From IMG/VR virus record IMGVR_UViG_3300028388_006015, positions 1 through 64,000 of that record: a stretch of DNA of 64,000 bases; one strand, given 5' to 3'. Shown piece by piece: positions 26,219-35,173 of the stretch. Position 1 is the first letter of the stretch, and every line of letters begins with the position of its first letter. The notes below the pieces were generated by a model. That model ran no database searches, had not been told where the DNA came from, and saw only the letters and a program-made list of their open reading frames with translations. This stretch comes from a virus. A program made the translations under genes and the position numbers.

Positions 26219-28618
26219 TTATGATTTTGGTATGCGCTGTACCATTACAACAACATAGTAATTAGGATAATATGTTACTGGATCGCCACTCAAACCGTCA
26301 TTGCTTCCATCTTCAGTAGTTCCAACGATCAAGTGACTATGTGAATGTTCGTTGGTGTTTTTACCATCCAATGGATCAGCAAGTTCTCGACCGCCACCTC
26401 GATTAAAACCTGCATCACGGTGCGAACCTACTGCAGTACCGCTGTTTCTCGTATATATACGATGCGTGTGAGTGTCTGTGTTTGTGGTTAACGAGCCTGC
26501 TTCATGTGTATGAGGAGGAAGATTTTGCTTGCTAAGTGCAAAAGAATTAGATCCACCAACAGCTCCGATGTTTTCTAGACCATTTTCTGATGCATTGCGA
26601 TTGACGATGAAGCGACCTCTAAGATCAGGTGTATTGTTTTGACCGTTACAAAGAGCCCATCCGTAATACTCAGGAATTTGTCCTAGTCCACTTCCATCAA
26701 ATGCATTAACGGGAATATTGGATAGTGTACGAATCTCATACAACCAATGCTTGTCTTTTTCGACAGGAAAAGCGATCCATTGAGTTCCCGTGTAATAACA
26801 TTCAACTACAACTTTTTGATCTCCCCATTTTTGATAATCAATGTCAACAGCACTTAGTGCGTAGATAGGAGAGTCGCCTGGACCACTATAATTGCCGTAA
26901 ATCTCTATAGCATTACCGTTAGGTATGATATTTGCTTGAAAAATCAATACGAATTTATTACCTGCTCTTAAATCAGAGCCAGTGCAATTAAACAATAAAG
27001 GATTGCTTAAAGTAATATTTCCGGTAATGTATTGAATTTGAGCTGCAGTTCCTACAACAAGATCTATTTGAGAAGAGCTAAATGTTATTTCATACTCATC
27101 AACTCCAAGATTATCGCCAAGATCAATATTAAACGAAAATGTGCCATAATGGCGAGGATGAGCATTTAATGTTATAAATGGCGTGCCGAGAATATTACTA
27201 GAATACGATACTTGTGTGCGATCTGCAGGATTGGTTTTAAGATCACCATCCTCTTCAAACGACTCTTCATCATAATACCCAACATCATCACTCTGAAATA
27301 CTCGCCACTCAGTTAATACTCCATTAACTTTATAGCGATACCAGAATGCATAAGAGTATGCCGTTCTACTTGCTACTGTTAACGGAACCCAAGCATTATA
27401 GCTATTTATTGGATAAATTTGGCGAAAATCGTTTTGAGCGTTCAGATCTTCAGGAATACACCAAAGCTCAATATCATCAACATCAGGCGTTATTACGACA
27501 CGATATGCTGTGAAATAATCGTCCTGATCAAGTGTTGGAACGATAAGATTGATTTGACTGCCACTTTTTGTAGATTGCTCGATAATTTTATACGATCCAT
27601 CGTATGAATACAAGCGCCACCCGTCAAAGTCGCCATCACTAAAATCATCTGTTGATTTAAAACGTCCACCCTGACCTCCATTGATTGTAAATGTTCTACT
27701 TGCAGTATCTATCGTCCAATTTTGTGTATAAAACGCCCAACTAACATAACACACGTTCTTGTATCTCGGAGTGTTTGGCGCATCGTATTTAATAGCTTCT
27801 ACTCCAATAACAGGATTTTGTTGATCGCGCATTGCTTGTGGAATCGTCTGACTACGAAACTCACTACGCAACATCCAAAAATCACTACGTTTGTCTTGAA
27901 TAAACACAGTAGATCCCACATAACGAACCCTTGCAATATAAAACTCTTTACCACTAGTTAAAGGCGGTGGGGTATTTGAGATAGTTTCGAGAACAAATTC
28001 AAGATTGCAACTATCATACTGGTATATGTTTTTTTGATTTGATGTTGGAATGTGATCGAACGAAAATGTTCCGACAATAGCATACTGAAGATCGGATTCT
28101 GCTGCGAATACGCCATTTAATACAGCATTCGTATCATCCACAACATCGACAACGTCATATTCAAGAGTATTTCCTGCAGATCCAATAAAACGAATGCGAG
28201 TGGGGACTTTACTGGTACGTAATACCTCAGTAAATTTTGTATTAACACCAATAAGATTTCCTTGAGTGTCGATACTAACTGTTCCTTCTTCGATAGAAGA
28301 ATATTGATGGCTAATTTTTAACCAATACCAATTATTCTCTGCAGGAATAGCGATATTGTCTTGAGCAGGAAAGTCAAGAACAAGACCATCACTATCAATA
28401 GCATACGATCGAGTGTCGATTTTTATCGTTGGTGTGTTCGTTCCTTTCTCTACCTTGAAATTGTTCAAACCCACATCATCTACTGTACGAATGATGCCAT
28501 AACTGTAGGTTTGATCAATTATGAGTTTACGATAACCGTCTGTATCAAGAAAATCAATCAGACGCTGCAATTCAGGTTGCCCAATTTTAAGATTAGGTGA
28601 TATATTTAACTGACTCAT
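26219..28618 (-). CDS. Baseplate wedge/short tail fibre with tail-collar domain
   Basis: GWALCNGQNNTPDLRGRFIV collar, NLPPHTH and HTH/HSH metal-binding repeats; start at MSQLN. Confidence 0.85.
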   Translation of the reverse strand: MSQLNISPNLKIGQPELQRLIDFLDTDGYRKLIIDQTYSYGIIRTVDDVGLNNFKVEKGTNTPTIKIDTRSYAIDSDGLVLDFPAQDNIAIPAENNWYWLKISHQYSSIEEGTVSIDTQGNLIGVNTKFTEVLRTSKVPTRIRFIGSAGNTLEYDVVDVVDDTNAVLNGVFAAESDLQYAIVGTFSFDHIPTSNQKNIYQYDSCNLEFVLETISNTPPPLTSGKEFYIARVRYVGSTVFIQDKRSDFWMLRSEFRSQTIPQAMRDQQNPVIGVEAIKYDAPNTPRYKNVCYVSWAFYTQNWTIDTASRTFTINGGQGGRFKSTDDFSDGDFDGWRLYSYDGSYKIIEQSTKSGSQINLIVPTLDQDDYFTAYRVVITPDVDDIELWCIPEDLNAQNDFRQIYPINSYNAWVPLTVASRTAYSYAFWYRYKVNGVLTEWRVFQSDDVGYYDEESFEEDGDLKTNPADRTQVSYSSNILGTPFITLNAHPRHYGTFSFNIDLGDNLGVDEYEITFSSSQIDLVVGTAAQIQYITGNITLSNPLLFNCTGSDLRAGNKFVLIFQANIIPNGNAIEIYGNYSGPGDSPIYALSAVDIDYQKWGDQKVVVECYYTGTQWIAFPVEKDKHWLYEIRTLSNIPVNAFDGSGLGQIPEYYGWALCNGQNNTPDLRGRFIVNRNASENGLENIGAVGGSNSFALSKQNLPPHTHEAGSLTTNTDTHTHRIYTRNSGTAVGSHRDAGFNRGGGRELADPLDGKNTNEHSHSHLIVGTTEDGSNDGLSGDPVTYYPNYYVVVMVQRIPKS

Positions 28619-30192
28619 TGCAAAAATTCTACGTTTAGTCCCCAATTATATGGGGTAAAATATTGTCTAAATATACTAATAATTTGTCGCTGAGAATACC
28701 GACCGTTGTTATTTCTTATAAAGAATTCCAACATGCCGTGACTATCAAGAAATCCAAAATCATAAGGTGTTGTTGCGAGTGAAAATTTAAAATCGTGCAA
28801 TGTTACAGTTCCAGTGTCATTATCTGTGCAAATAATAAAAGGAAGCACCTTACATACATCTTTTGTCATTCTCTTATGGTATCCAACACCAACACTTAAT
28901 ATAGCATCAACTTCTTCTCTAGGAGTTGCAGTGGAGCTTAATAGCGCAAAGCGTAATGGATATACCGTATCTGCCTGATTAACACTTATGTTTTGCACAT
29001 AATACCTACTAAAATCTCCGGTATAAATATTTTGCGGCTCAGTTTCTGCATCTTCACTCGTTAAACACAAAATCCCTACTGTAATATTTTCTGACGTATT
29101 GTCGTCAATCTCAAGATCAATTGTCAACATATAATTAAGCAAGTGATTGACGTTAATGAGCTTATCAGCATCAACATCCAATAAAACGTCTGTACCTAAT
29201 CCACTATCTGGTGGCAGTGTTAACGCTGCATTGCTTATAGTTTCTCCTGTATTGTATGTTTGATAGTTCGATATGTCAGAAAAGCCGTAAAACTGCTCGT
29301 ATCCTTTATAGAATGCATTGTAGTAGTATACATCACGAAACTCAGGAGATGCACGATCTAATACCCATCCGGCATCAAAAAAACCTCTGTACGCGCGAAT
29401 AAATTCATTGCATCCTTCATAACACAACAATCTTAAAATCTCCCCATTTATATTTTGCTGCTCAATTATACTGTTTTGCGTTAAGCGATCACGAAATTGT
29501 ATGTGAATATTATTTGCTATGTATTGAAGTTGTTCAAGAGTCTCACTTCCACACAAATATACATTGCGCTGCTCTAAATAACGCCTTAATAGTATTTCGC
29601 GATTGTAGAAATCCTCAAATACACGCGCATAATTAACAAACATTGAAAAGAAACACGCTACTGTCCTCCAAAACTGGAGATAGTGAATATCATCCAAGTA
29701 ATTGTCAGTATCTCCACGATTAATATAATTAGGAACAATGCCCTGCTCATATAGCTTTTCAAGTACATTAACGCACCACGGAAAAATTTCAGCACTACAA
29801 CAGCATGTGAAAAAATTAACAAACGGACTATCATTAAATGCGTCACCACACTCAATATCAATGTATGTTGCATTAATTTGAATGCTATTAAACGACAATA
29901 CACCAGTGTCGTCCGATCCAACTCGGCGATATTGAAACTGAAGAAACAAAGGGTCTTGTGGCGTAAATTCGCTATTGATACCAGCAAGGTTGGTATTACT
30001 CAATGGAATCCAATCACTCCACAGAAATCCAACAACAGACCAACGAAAATACTTTTCAAACAAACGCGTTCCCGTAACACCATCTACGTCGTCGGAATAA
30101 CTAACGAGCTCGTCAACTCCAACAAACGGATTAGTTGGATGTATTAGTAAAATGTCGCCTATCTGTGTTAAGTGATTATTTACTATTGCCAT
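28615..30192 (-). CDS. Baseplate wedge protein (putative)
   Basis: 525 aa; position downstream of baseplate J. Confidence 0.6.
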   Translation of the reverse strand: MAIVNNHLTQIGDILLIHPTNPFVGVDELVSYSDDVDGVTGTRLFEKYFRWSVVGFLWSDWIPLSNTNLAGINSEFTPQDPLFLQFQYRRVGSDDTGVLSFNSIQINATYIDIECGDAFNDSPFVNFFTCCCSAEIFPWCVNVLEKLYEQGIVPNYINRGDTDNYLDDIHYLQFWRTVACFFSMFVNYARVFEDFYNREILLRRYLEQRNVYLCGSETLEQLQYIANNIHIQFRDRLTQNSIIEQQNINGEILRLLCYEGCNEFIRAYRGFFDAGWVLDRASPEFRDVYYYNAFYKGYEQFYGFSDISNYQTYNTGETISNAALTLPPDSGLGTDVLLDVDADKLINVNHLLNYMLTIDLEIDDNTSENITVGILCLTSEDAETEPQNIYTGDFSRYYVQNISVNQADTVYPLRFALLSSTATPREEVDAILSVGVGYHKRMTKDVCKVLPFIICTDNDTGTVTLHDFKFSLATTPYDFGFLDSHGMLEFFIRNNNGRYSQRQIISIFRQYFTPYNWGLNVEFLQ

Positions 30193-30203
30193 ATACTATT
30201 GAT

Positions 30204-30575
30204 TTACCAAAACCAACACTCCTCCTCGTCATCTGCATTTTTTGCCAACCAGGGGCCGTCTGAACTATTCCATACCCAATATACAGTAACTGTCAAAACT
30301 GCATCAGGGTCTGTATAGATGTCTCCAATTGCAATTGCTCGAAATAAATAAATGCCGGGATCGTAAAATTCTATTTGAGGATTATATCCTGCATTCAATG
30401 GATCGTCGGGAAAATATTGACCAACAACACCATTAACGCGAAATGTGGCTTCTGTATAACTGAGTGAAGAGGAGTTTAACAAAAACCCCTCAAACACCCA
30501 GTAAATATCCGTAGGAATAACATTGCTGCTATTCTCAGGTGCATTTTGCAGTTGATTATATAATCGAATGCTCAT
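30204..30575 (-). CDS. Divergent single adhesin-repeat domain protein
   Basis: Starts IRLYNQLQNAP (cf. ITLIDQLDGTP); FYDPGIYLF...VLTVTVY; in frame with the upstream gene (TAA-ATG). Confidence 0.6.
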   Translation of the reverse strand: MSIRLYNQLQNAPENSSNVIPTDIYWVFEGFLLNSSSLSYTEATFRVNGVVGQYFPDDPLNAGYNPQIEFYDPGIYLFRAIAIGDIYTDPDAVLTVTVYWVWNSSDGPWLAKNADDEEECWFW

Positions 30576-31160
30576 TTATGTAATAGATTCTCCTGGAAAA
30601 GAAATAACAGGCTCAGTAGCGCACACTTCAATAGCTGCATCGCTACCAACATTTCCACCAAGATATACTGTAATCGTCAAAACAGAAGTAACTGTACAAC
30701 ACTCACAGTCGCCGTCTGTACCAGGCTTTACAACTTCATATGTAAACGCATATACCGTACCACTCTCACTACCATCACCTGCTGCAGGATCATACGTACC
30801 TGCATTACCATCAAACGTTCCATTAGGTATTGGCGGATCAACAGTCCACGTACCTCCAACATCTGGAGTTCCATCGAGTTGATCTATTAACGTTATCACA
30901 GAAGCTCCCTCGGTTGTAGATATGGCTGTATTACTTCCGGCATCAGGACGTCCACCTACAGTAACTGTAACAGACGCAGGAGAATCAATCTCGTTAAACC
31001 AATATTCAAACACATAATCTCCATGAGCAACAGCACACATATCGAGACTACCAAGATAACCTCCAGTAATTGGTACGGTTTGAGGACCTGATACTTGCTC
31101 CCATTCACCTCCTGGATCGGGAGTTCCACCTAATTTAGCAAAAAGATTAAACGTGCACAT
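30576..31160 (-). CDS. Protein made of Bacteroidota adhesin-type repeats (L..L.G.PD.GG.W)
   Basis: FNLFAKLGGTPDPGGEW and ITLIDQLDGTPDVGGTW...YAFTYEV; C-terminal NVGSDAAIEVC. Confidence 0.75.
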   Translation of the reverse strand: MCTFNLFAKLGGTPDPGGEWEQVSGPQTVPITGGYLGSLDMCAVAHGDYVFEYWFNEIDSPASVTVTVGGRPDAGSNTAISTTEGASVITLIDQLDGTPDVGGTWTVDPPIPNGTFDGNAGTYDPAAGDGSESGTVYAFTYEVVKPGTDGDCECCTVTSVLTITVYLGGNVGSDAAIEVCATEPVISFPGESIT

Positions 31161-31172
31161 GATTGTATATTT

Positions 31173-31307
31173 TTAACTTGGCGTACTACAAACTTCAATT
31201 GAGTTATCGGAACCTACGTTACTACCTACATACTCAACAAGAATTGTTAAATTGGGATCAATTCTCGTAACTGTGGTTTGTGTTGGTGTTAATATTGCTT
31301 CGTTCAT
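31173..31307 (-). CDS. 44-aa peptide carrying the first strand of the same repeat
   Basis: Hand translation MNEAILTPTQTTVTRIDPNLTILVEYVGSNVGSDNSIEVCSTPS; not in the ORF track; fills the gap after baseplate J. Confidence 0.7.
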   Translation of the reverse strand: MNEAILTPTQTTVTRIDPNLTILVEYVGSNVGSDNSIEVCSTPS

Positions 31308-31308
31308 A

Positions 31309-32505
31309 TTAATTGGTGGTTAGTGTTTGTTGAAACGAAAAGTCAGGATTTAATGGATAATATACAGGAACAAGATTGCCTTGAATATCACTAATGATAG
31401 CACCATCTCCATCCAACATCAAGAATCCTCTAATTCTCGGAAGTTTGTTAATATCGACCGGAACATCAATATTTGGTGTGAAATATGTATCTGAGATATA
31501 CTTTACACCCTTTTGCGATTTCGCTATTGTTAATAAATCGTCCCATTCTACTGTTTGACCAGGCAACCACGTTACCGGATCAAGATATTTGCTCATTGCT
31601 GTTTGAGTATTGATGCGAACATCGTCTGCATTAGCATCAGCCTCTAATACAACTCTAAAGCTAATATCAATTGCCTGATACTCAATATTCTCCATAACAA
31701 TGCCAATATTAGCATTGCCAGGACTTGCTAATTCACTTAAAGACAAGTACGAGCTGATGCTTTGTGTTAGTGTTTGAAGTTCACTGCTCGATAACAACAC
31801 ACCATTTTGCGTAATTACTTTAAGTATGCTTTGTCCTTGATCGTTAGATCCGTGATATCGAATATCTAAAACATTTTCGTTAATCGAATGACACACTTGA
31901 ACAAGATATGCTAATGTCCCTCTATTGTTAATGTTCCACGAATTTTTAATACGTGCCTTGAAATTATCATCACTCTCATTATCTCTACCGCCAATGGCTT
32001 GATATTCATTAACAACGTATCGGTGTCCAGATGGAGCACTGTTAATGATCGTTATGCTTAGTGGATCTACATTCGTTGCACTACCTAAATCAGTACTGCG
32101 AACCCTTGCGTATGTGTATCCACTCGATGGAATAGCAACGTTTTTTGTCAATTCAAACGTAATACCGTGATTCCCCGTAAATGTATGAACTCCTTGCTGA
32201 TACACAGTACCTGCAGTACCAACAAGTCTTATAAATGTACTACTTCCCGCTGCTCCGAATCGTGGAGGAATGCCATAAAACTGAGCAATATTGTCAAGAT
32301 ATTGTCCTGACGCAAAATCAGGAAATAAATGAGTTTCCACAAGGGCAACGTCCTTAGCAGCTTTTTGACCTGCTTTACCCATACCCCATGCCATGCCTGA
32401 CAAAACACTATTAGGAGAAACCTTGGTTACATCAGCAGTGTTATTAATGATCATTTCAATAAACAACCGATGATAAAACTCACTATCTTGAACTCGTGTA
32501 AACAT
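31309..32505 (-). CDS. Baseplate J-like wedge protein
   Basis: ASGQYLDNIA..YGIPPR, GSATNV, GGRDNESDDNFKARI. Confidence 0.92.
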   Translation of the reverse strand: MFTRVQDSEFYHRLFIEMIINNTADVTKVSPNSVLSGMAWGMGKAGQKAAKDVALVETHLFPDFASGQYLDNIAQFYGIPPRFGAAGSSTFIRLVGTAGTVYQQGVHTFTGNHGITFELTKNVAIPSSGYTYARVRSTDLGSATNVDPLSITIINSAPSGHRYVVNEYQAIGGRDNESDDNFKARIKNSWNINNRGTLAYLVQVCHSINENVLDIRYHGSNDQGQSILKVITQNGVLLSSSELQTLTQSISSYLSLSELASPGNANIGIVMENIEYQAIDISFRVVLEADANADDVRINTQTAMSKYLDPVTWLPGQTVEWDDLLTIAKSQKGVKYISDTYFTPNIDVPVDINKLPRIRGFLMLDGDGAIISDIQGNLVPVYYPLNPDFSFQQTLTTN

Positions 32506-32507
32506 TA

Positions 32508-33434
32508 TTAATATGTTGTACTGTTTGTAATTATTTCTCTGCGACGACTCTCAACGACATATTCGTACTCAATACGATCTTGAATGGTCGTTATGTTTTT
32601 AATTGAAAAACTGCGTAAACTATCGTCAGTAAGAAACACTCGACTTACTTGCCTAAATACAATAGGAAATAAATTGGCATTAACGTTGCGATTTCCACCA
32701 ACATCAGACTGAACGCCTAAATCTGGAAATCTTGGATTGTCGCCTCTACGTAATCCGGCCAATATTGAAACAGATTGAGTTAGTGTTTCTTTATTATCCA
32801 ACACCACGATATCGTTATCAGCAAAAGCAAAATTACGATCAATGTCTTTGCCGTAAATACTCTCGTTTTCAATAGCTCCCACCGCACTCGTTATTGTACT
32901 AACGTTTTGCTGATTGATTAATGACATTTGCAATATCTGTCCTCCCTGACCGTCATATTGCTCTTCCGTCAGATCATTACTAACGGCAACGTCAACCCAA
33001 TCATTGTTTCGATCGTCAGAATTTGCTACGTTAGAAACAGCCCCTTCAAGATTTTGACCTCTTTTGAGTGTATGTGTTACATTGATCTGTCCAGATAAAT
33101 CAAAATTACGCCTACTTGTTCTATACCATCTTAAATTTGATAACGATCGAAACTTAACAAGCAGATCGTCAACAACATCAAGAAGCTCCCAATAAATAAT
33201 GTCGTAAAAATTATATGACTGAACAGTAAATGTTTGAGCAACATTTGCTAATGCGTCGCGAATACGCAACATCTCATCAATTGCCTCACTATTAATGCTC
33301 GTAGTTGTTCCCGAAAAGAATTGCACGATATTCTGCGACTGTTCGTCATAAAACACAACAGCGTCCTCAAGTAATTGATCGAGATCAAAACCTGTTTTAT
33401 CGTGAAAATTTTCTATAGCCTGTTCAACTGTCAT
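32508..33434 (-). CDS. Baseplate protein with C-terminal gp25-like domain
   Basis: YGKDID...LTQSV..L...RGDNPRFPDLGV; directly upstream of J. Confidence 0.65.
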   Translation of the reverse strand: MTVEQAIENFHDKTGFDLDQLLEDAVVFYDEQSQNIVQFFSGTTTSINSEAIDEMLRIRDALANVAQTFTVQSYNFYDIIYWELLDVVDDLLVKFRSLSNLRWYRTSRRNFDLSGQINVTHTLKRGQNLEGAVSNVANSDDRNNDWVDVAVSNDLTEEQYDGQGGQILQMSLINQQNVSTITSAVGAIENESIYGKDIDRNFAFADNDIVVLDNKETLTQSVSILAGLRRGDNPRFPDLGVQSDVGGNRNVNANLFPIVFRQVSRVFLTDDSLRSFSIKNITTIQDRIEYEYVVESRRREIITNSTTY

Positions 33435-33435
33435 A

Positions 33436-34173
33436 TTATATAATTGCTCGAACTCTATCAATTACAGTATTCAGTCCTCTCTGAATGAGATCTACTGAGA
33501 GATTTTCAATTCGATCTCGAAAAGTATCCATTTCCAATGGCGCTACTGCTACAAAATTAATAGCATACTGCCATATCATATTCATATCTTTGTTCTGATA
33601 AAACTTAGAATCGCGAATCTTTATCAGATAATTTTCGTTAAAAGTTGGATTATAAAAGTACAATTTCAATGGCTTACCATTTTCATCTAACGCGCTGCTC
33701 TTATCAATCATTGCCTGTAATACCTTTGTGCAGCCATAACCAGACTTCACTGCAACATTAAACACAGATGTTGACGGACTTGGAGTAGAATCGTCCATTT
33801 GATATTTATGGAAAACGCCTCTCTGAGTGCTGAATTTAAGAGCATTAAAATCCAAGACATTCTTATTAACTATGGTCTTAAGCGTTCTACCAAAATTACC
33901 TTGAATGGAAAAATCAATAGGGATAAAATTGTTAGTATCTAACGCCACCACTCCACCTGCTGTTTTTTTAATATTAACTACAGTAACACTATTACGCGTA
34001 ATACTGTCAGGCATAATTGGGAAAACAAGATAATCAATCATTCGGTCTTGACTATCAACCAATTCCAATCCAACGAGGTAATACTCAAAATCGTTAGGAA
34101 ATACTGCATTCAGTCCCGCTCTTCCTAAAAGAGAGAGTAGTCTACGATATTCCGATTGAACTTGAGTTGCCAT
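33436..34173 (-). CDS. Baseplate/tail-tube initiator protein
   Basis: FPIMPDSI, IKKTAGG, IQGNFG, WQYAINF; position in the baseplate cluster. Confidence 0.6.
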   Translation of the reverse strand: MATQVQSEYRRLLSLLGRAGLNAVFPNDFEYYLVGLELVDSQDRMIDYLVFPIMPDSITRNSVTVVNIKKTAGGVVALDTNNFIPIDFSIQGNFGRTLKTIVNKNVLDFNALKFSTQRGVFHKYQMDDSTPSPSTSVFNVAVKSGYGCTKVLQAMIDKSSALDENGKPLKLYFYNPTFNENYLIKIRDSKFYQNKDMNMIWQYAINFVAVAPLEMDTFRDRIENLSVDLIQRGLNTVIDRVRAII

Positions 34174-34207
34174 ATATTAATGCTCTTGAAATGTGAAATT
34201 CTCCAAA

Positions 34208-35173
34208 TTATTGAGAAGAAACAACGTTCGATAAAATTGTTGAGAATGTTTGAGGCGTATTTCCGGAAGCTATTGCTGCTACAAGCTGCGCTTTAAATTG
34301 CAAACCACCGTCTCCTGGAAGTGGTACTGCAGCATTAATGGCTGTGTATAATAATTGAATACGATTATTTAATGTAACGAGCTCTTGAAGTAAAGCGTTA
34401 CCTAATACAATAGGCTGTCCTCCTTCACCTCCTAACGAAACAATGTTTGCTTCAAGAGTTATATCATTTTCAGCACTCACAGTTTGACTTGATGCTGATG
34501 ACTGTATAGCTCCGTCCTTCATCACAAATGTATTGCCAAATTCATCTGTGATTGTTAATCCTGTACCTGCTACATACTTGATTGTTGCACTAACATCACT
34601 ATCAACATCCTCAATAACAAGTTCAATAGCTTCACCTGCATCAATCTTAACAGTCTTACTTGCTTGAATTTCAATGTTGCCATCAACACTCATTGTTAAT
34701 AGCCCTTGATCTTCACTGTTAGATAATAAAACTTGAATATGTCCTCCTTTGCGTCGTAAACTATCAACATTTAACGACAATATGTTGTTACGCGCATCAC
34801 CAACAATCTCTACAGTGCCGAGATCACTAGTCTTACGCACATGAAATTGATCTTCTATTAGCCAATCAGATTCATCATTTTTATTGAGAATTCCAATTAT
34901 CACAGGCTTATTGTGATTAGCAATGTTGCCCATTATTACTTGACTTCCTAGATTACCTGCCTGATCAGGAAACTGTATTGCGTTAACCAGATTATTAGAA
35001 ATACGCACATTCCATACAACCTCTCCATTCTCACCATACACACCTAACATATGTGTTCGTAAACAACGTGCAATATACACGTCACGAGCTATATTGTTAG
35101 GTAATATTACATATCCAGTTGTAATTGGATATCTTTTATTCGGCACCCCTGTTGTTGATATACCTTTATTCAT
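34208..35173 (-). CDS. Baseplate central spike (gpV/gp5-like)
   Basis: OB-like N-terminus (GSQVI...PVIIGIL), beta-helical middle, SLGGEGGQPIVLGN tip. Confidence 0.7.
   Translation of the reverse strand: MNKGISTTGVPNKRYPITTGYVILPNNIARDVYIARCLRTHMLGVYGENGEVVWNVRISNNLVNAIQFPDQAGNLGSQVIMGNIANHNKPVIIGILNKNDESDWLIEDQFHVRKTSDLGTVEIVGDARNNILSLNVDSLRRKGGHIQVLLSNSEDQGLLTMSVDGNIEIQASKTVKIDAGEAIELVIEDVDSDVSATIKYVAGTGLTITDEFGNTFVMKDGAIQSSASSQTVSAENDITLEANIVSLGGEGGQPIVLGNALLQELVTLNNRIQLLYTAINAAVPLPGDGGLQFKAQLVAAIASGNTPQTFSTILSNVVSSQ

Noticed and set aside
30204-31307. Genome-wide stop-codon reassignment explaining the in-frame TAA stops
   Set aside because: TAA terminates most genes and long genes are intact in the standard code.
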